A DNA stretch of 64,000 nt, taken from the NCBI GenBank assembly GCA_022813965.1, contig JALDZS010000071.1, positions 1 to 64,000 on the forward strand. Reading direction: 5' to 3'. Shown here piece after piece: positions 62,173 to 64,000 of this stretch. This stretch comes from Toensbergia leucococca (taxonomy: Eukaryota). A program made the position numbers and the translations under genes. The notes below the pieces were generated by a model, which worked only from the letters and a program-made list of their open reading frames with translations, had not been told where the DNA came from and ran no database searches. Numbering within the stretch: position 1 is the stretch's first letter; the number at the start of each line of letters is the position of its first letter.

Positions 62173-64000
62173 ATGGTTTCTCAGCGTTCTTCGCAGCAGA
62201 ATTCCAATGCGGCAGCTAAAAAACAACAATCTATTTCATGCTTTTTTACGAAGAAACCTGTCCCAGCAAGTACTGCACCAGCTTTGATATCGGTTGCATT
62301 AGATGCCTCGAAATCGCCCTCACCTGTTGCAAAAGCACATTCTGCAAATGAGAGCCTTTTCATTGGGTCGGACGAAGATGGAGATCTTTCGCAATTTACA
62401 GTGGGAACCCCAAGAACGCCAAAGCGGCCGATCGGTAACGAGGAAGCGCAAGACCCCCTCAACAATAGCAATTATGATGGCCATGTACTGCCAAATCGTA
62501 AGCGGCTCCGAAGATCAGATACACAACCAGAGACATCATCGCTTCTACCAAGAGATCGTAGCGTTGACGAGAAACCTGAACCCATTAGTTCTAAGTTGAG
62601 TCCCATATCTGTCAATAGTGGCAAGAAGCCCAAAATCGCTGGCCGAACCTCAAAATACCTGTTTTCCACTTCGCCTATACAGGATGAAGAGAACGCCGAG
62701 GTTGACGAGGAAGGGCAGAGGAAAAAGGCCCGTCTGCACGAGAGATTCATCAAGAAGCTTGGTCGACCAGATAGCATTGCCGAGATAAAAAGACGTAATT
62801 GGCAAATTACCGAAGAGACCGAGGAGAACCAACTCGGGGCCGAGGATGATGAGGATCTTGAAGAGGAAGCCACTGCTAAGTCAGCTACTAAGGGCAAGAA
62901 GGGTGTTGCAGCTAAGAAGGCAGGTCACAAGCTAACACCTATGGAAAAACAAGTGTTGGAGATCAAAAAAAAGCATGTAGATACCATACTCGTTGTGGAA
63001 GTTGGCTATAAATTTAGATTCTTTGGTGAAGATGCGAGAATTGCTGCTAAAGAGCTGGGCATTGTATGTATTCCCGGAAAATTCAGATATGATGAGCATT
63101 TCTCGGAAGCTCATCTGGACCGGTTCGCATCAGCAAGCATACCGGTTCACCGGCTACATGTACATGTCAAACGACTTGTGAGCGCAGGACACAAAGTGGG
63201 TATCGTCCGTCAATTGGAGACAGCAGCACTTAAAGCTGCTGGCGACAACCGCAACGCTCCGTTTGTGAGGAAACTTACAAACCTCTATACCAAAGGAACT
63301 TATATCGACGACGTGGAAGGCCTCGAAGGTCCGCTTGCTGGACCTAGTGGCGGTGCTCCAGCTACAGGCTATCTACTTTGCATCACTGAGACCAATGCAA
63401 AGGGATGGGGAACCGACGAGAAGGTGCATGTTGGTATTGTTGCTGTACAGCCCGCAACTGGGGATGTGATATATGATGATTTCGAGGATGGTTTCATGAG
63501 GAGCGAGATCGAAACGAGGCTACTCCATATCACGCCATGCGAGATCTTAATCGTTGGGAACTTATCGAAGGCAACAGAAAAGCTGGTCCAGCACCTTTCT
63601 GGGAGTAAATCCAATGCATTTGGTGACAAAGTACGGGTAGAAAGGGTCGGACGCTCGAAGACAATGGCTGCCGAAGCTTACAGCCACGTCTCGAATTTCT
63701 ACGCTGGTAAGATGAAAGCAGCGAGTTCAGAGCAGGACGAGAAAGCAAGTAAACTTCTAGAAGAGGTACTTAAGCTAGCAGAGGATGTTACCGTATGTCT
63801 TTCTGCAATGATCACACACATGTCCGATTATGGGCTTGAACATGTTTTCGACCTCACCAAATATTTCCAATCCTTTAGCGCTAGATCGCACATGACGCTC
63901 AATGGCACCAGCCTGACAAGCTTAGAGATATATCAGAACCAAACAGATCATTTGGAAAAAGGGAGTCTTTTCTGGACGCTGAATAGGACACAGACACGCT
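62173..64000 (+). CDS. MSH3: DNA mismatch repair protein MSH3 (5' part, runs off the window)
   Basis: Open frame from ATG 62173: PIP-box-like [60 protein letters not shown]. It is absent from the ORF track because there is no stop inside the window. Confidence 0.95.
   Translation, partial: MVSQRSSQQNSNAAAKKQQSISCFFTKKPVPASTAPALISVALDASKSPSPVAKAHSANESLFIGSDEDGDLSQFTVGTPRTPKRPIGNEEAQDPLNNSNYDGHVLPNRKRLRRSDTQPETSSLLPRDRSVDEKPEPISSKLSPISVNSGKKPKIAGRTSKYLFSTSPIQDEENAEVDEEGQRKKARLHERFIKKLGRPDSIAEIKRRNWQITEETEENQLGAEDDEDLEEEATAKSATKGKKGVAAKKAGHKLTPMEKQVLEIKKKHVDTILVVEVGYKFRFFGEDARIAAKELGIVCIPGKFRYDEHFSEAHLDRFASASIPVHRLHVHVKRLVSAGHKVGIVRQLETAALKAAGDNRNAPFVRKLTNLYTKGTYIDDVEGLEGPLAGPSGGAPATGYLLCITETNAKGWGTDEKVHVGIVAVQPATGDVIYDDFEDGFMRSEIETRLLHITPCEILIVGNLSKATEKLVQHLSGSKSNAFGDKVRVERVGRSKTMAAEAYSHVSNFYAGKMKAASSEQDEKASKLLEEVLKLAEDVTVCLSAMITHMSDYGLEHVFDLTKYFQSFSARSHMTLNGTSLTSLEIYQNQTDHLEKGSLFWTLNRTQTR

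Noticed and set aside
1..64000. Telomerase RNA gene or telomeric repeat tract near TERT
   Set aside because: I found no (TTAGGG)n array and no convincing 1.5-repeat template (TAACCCTAA-like) in non-coding sequence by eye. Single hexamers (e.g. ~11167) are expected by chance.

Overview
Eukaryotic genomic DNA from a filamentous ascomycete (Pezizomycotina-type gene models with short GT..AG introns and CTRAY branch points). Conserved core genes, in order: telomerase reverse transcriptase (TERT), a TBC/RabGAP protein, WD40-cyclophilin Cyp15, velvet protein VelB, Rsa4/Notchless, MSH4, MCM7, PEX1, mitoribosomal DAP3/Rsm23, RRS1, a RhoGAP, Rab-GGTase beta (BET2), a conserved C2H2-like protein and the 5' part of MSH3. 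Two accessory islands (about 21.7-32.3 kb and 39.5-50.5 kb) and several AT-rich, transition-eroded (RIP-like) repeat relics interrupt them. The best candidate for an undescribed system is a repeat-flanked head-to-head gene pair at 26.2-31.2 kb. One gene encodes a helical-N-terminus/patatin phospholipase/C2H2 protein with intact catalytic motifs. The other encodes a HeLo-like plus pseudokinase-like protein, so the pair may be a fungal cell-death or allorecognition module (inference). Other notable items are a ~350-440 bp degenerate inverted repeat downstream of velB, a TA-flanked MITE family with two copies, a decayed tandem copy of the MCM7 3' end, and a recurring C-rich-to-G-rich skew at gene 3' ends. 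Exon boundaries were read by eye, and family names come from motif recognition rather than database searches.
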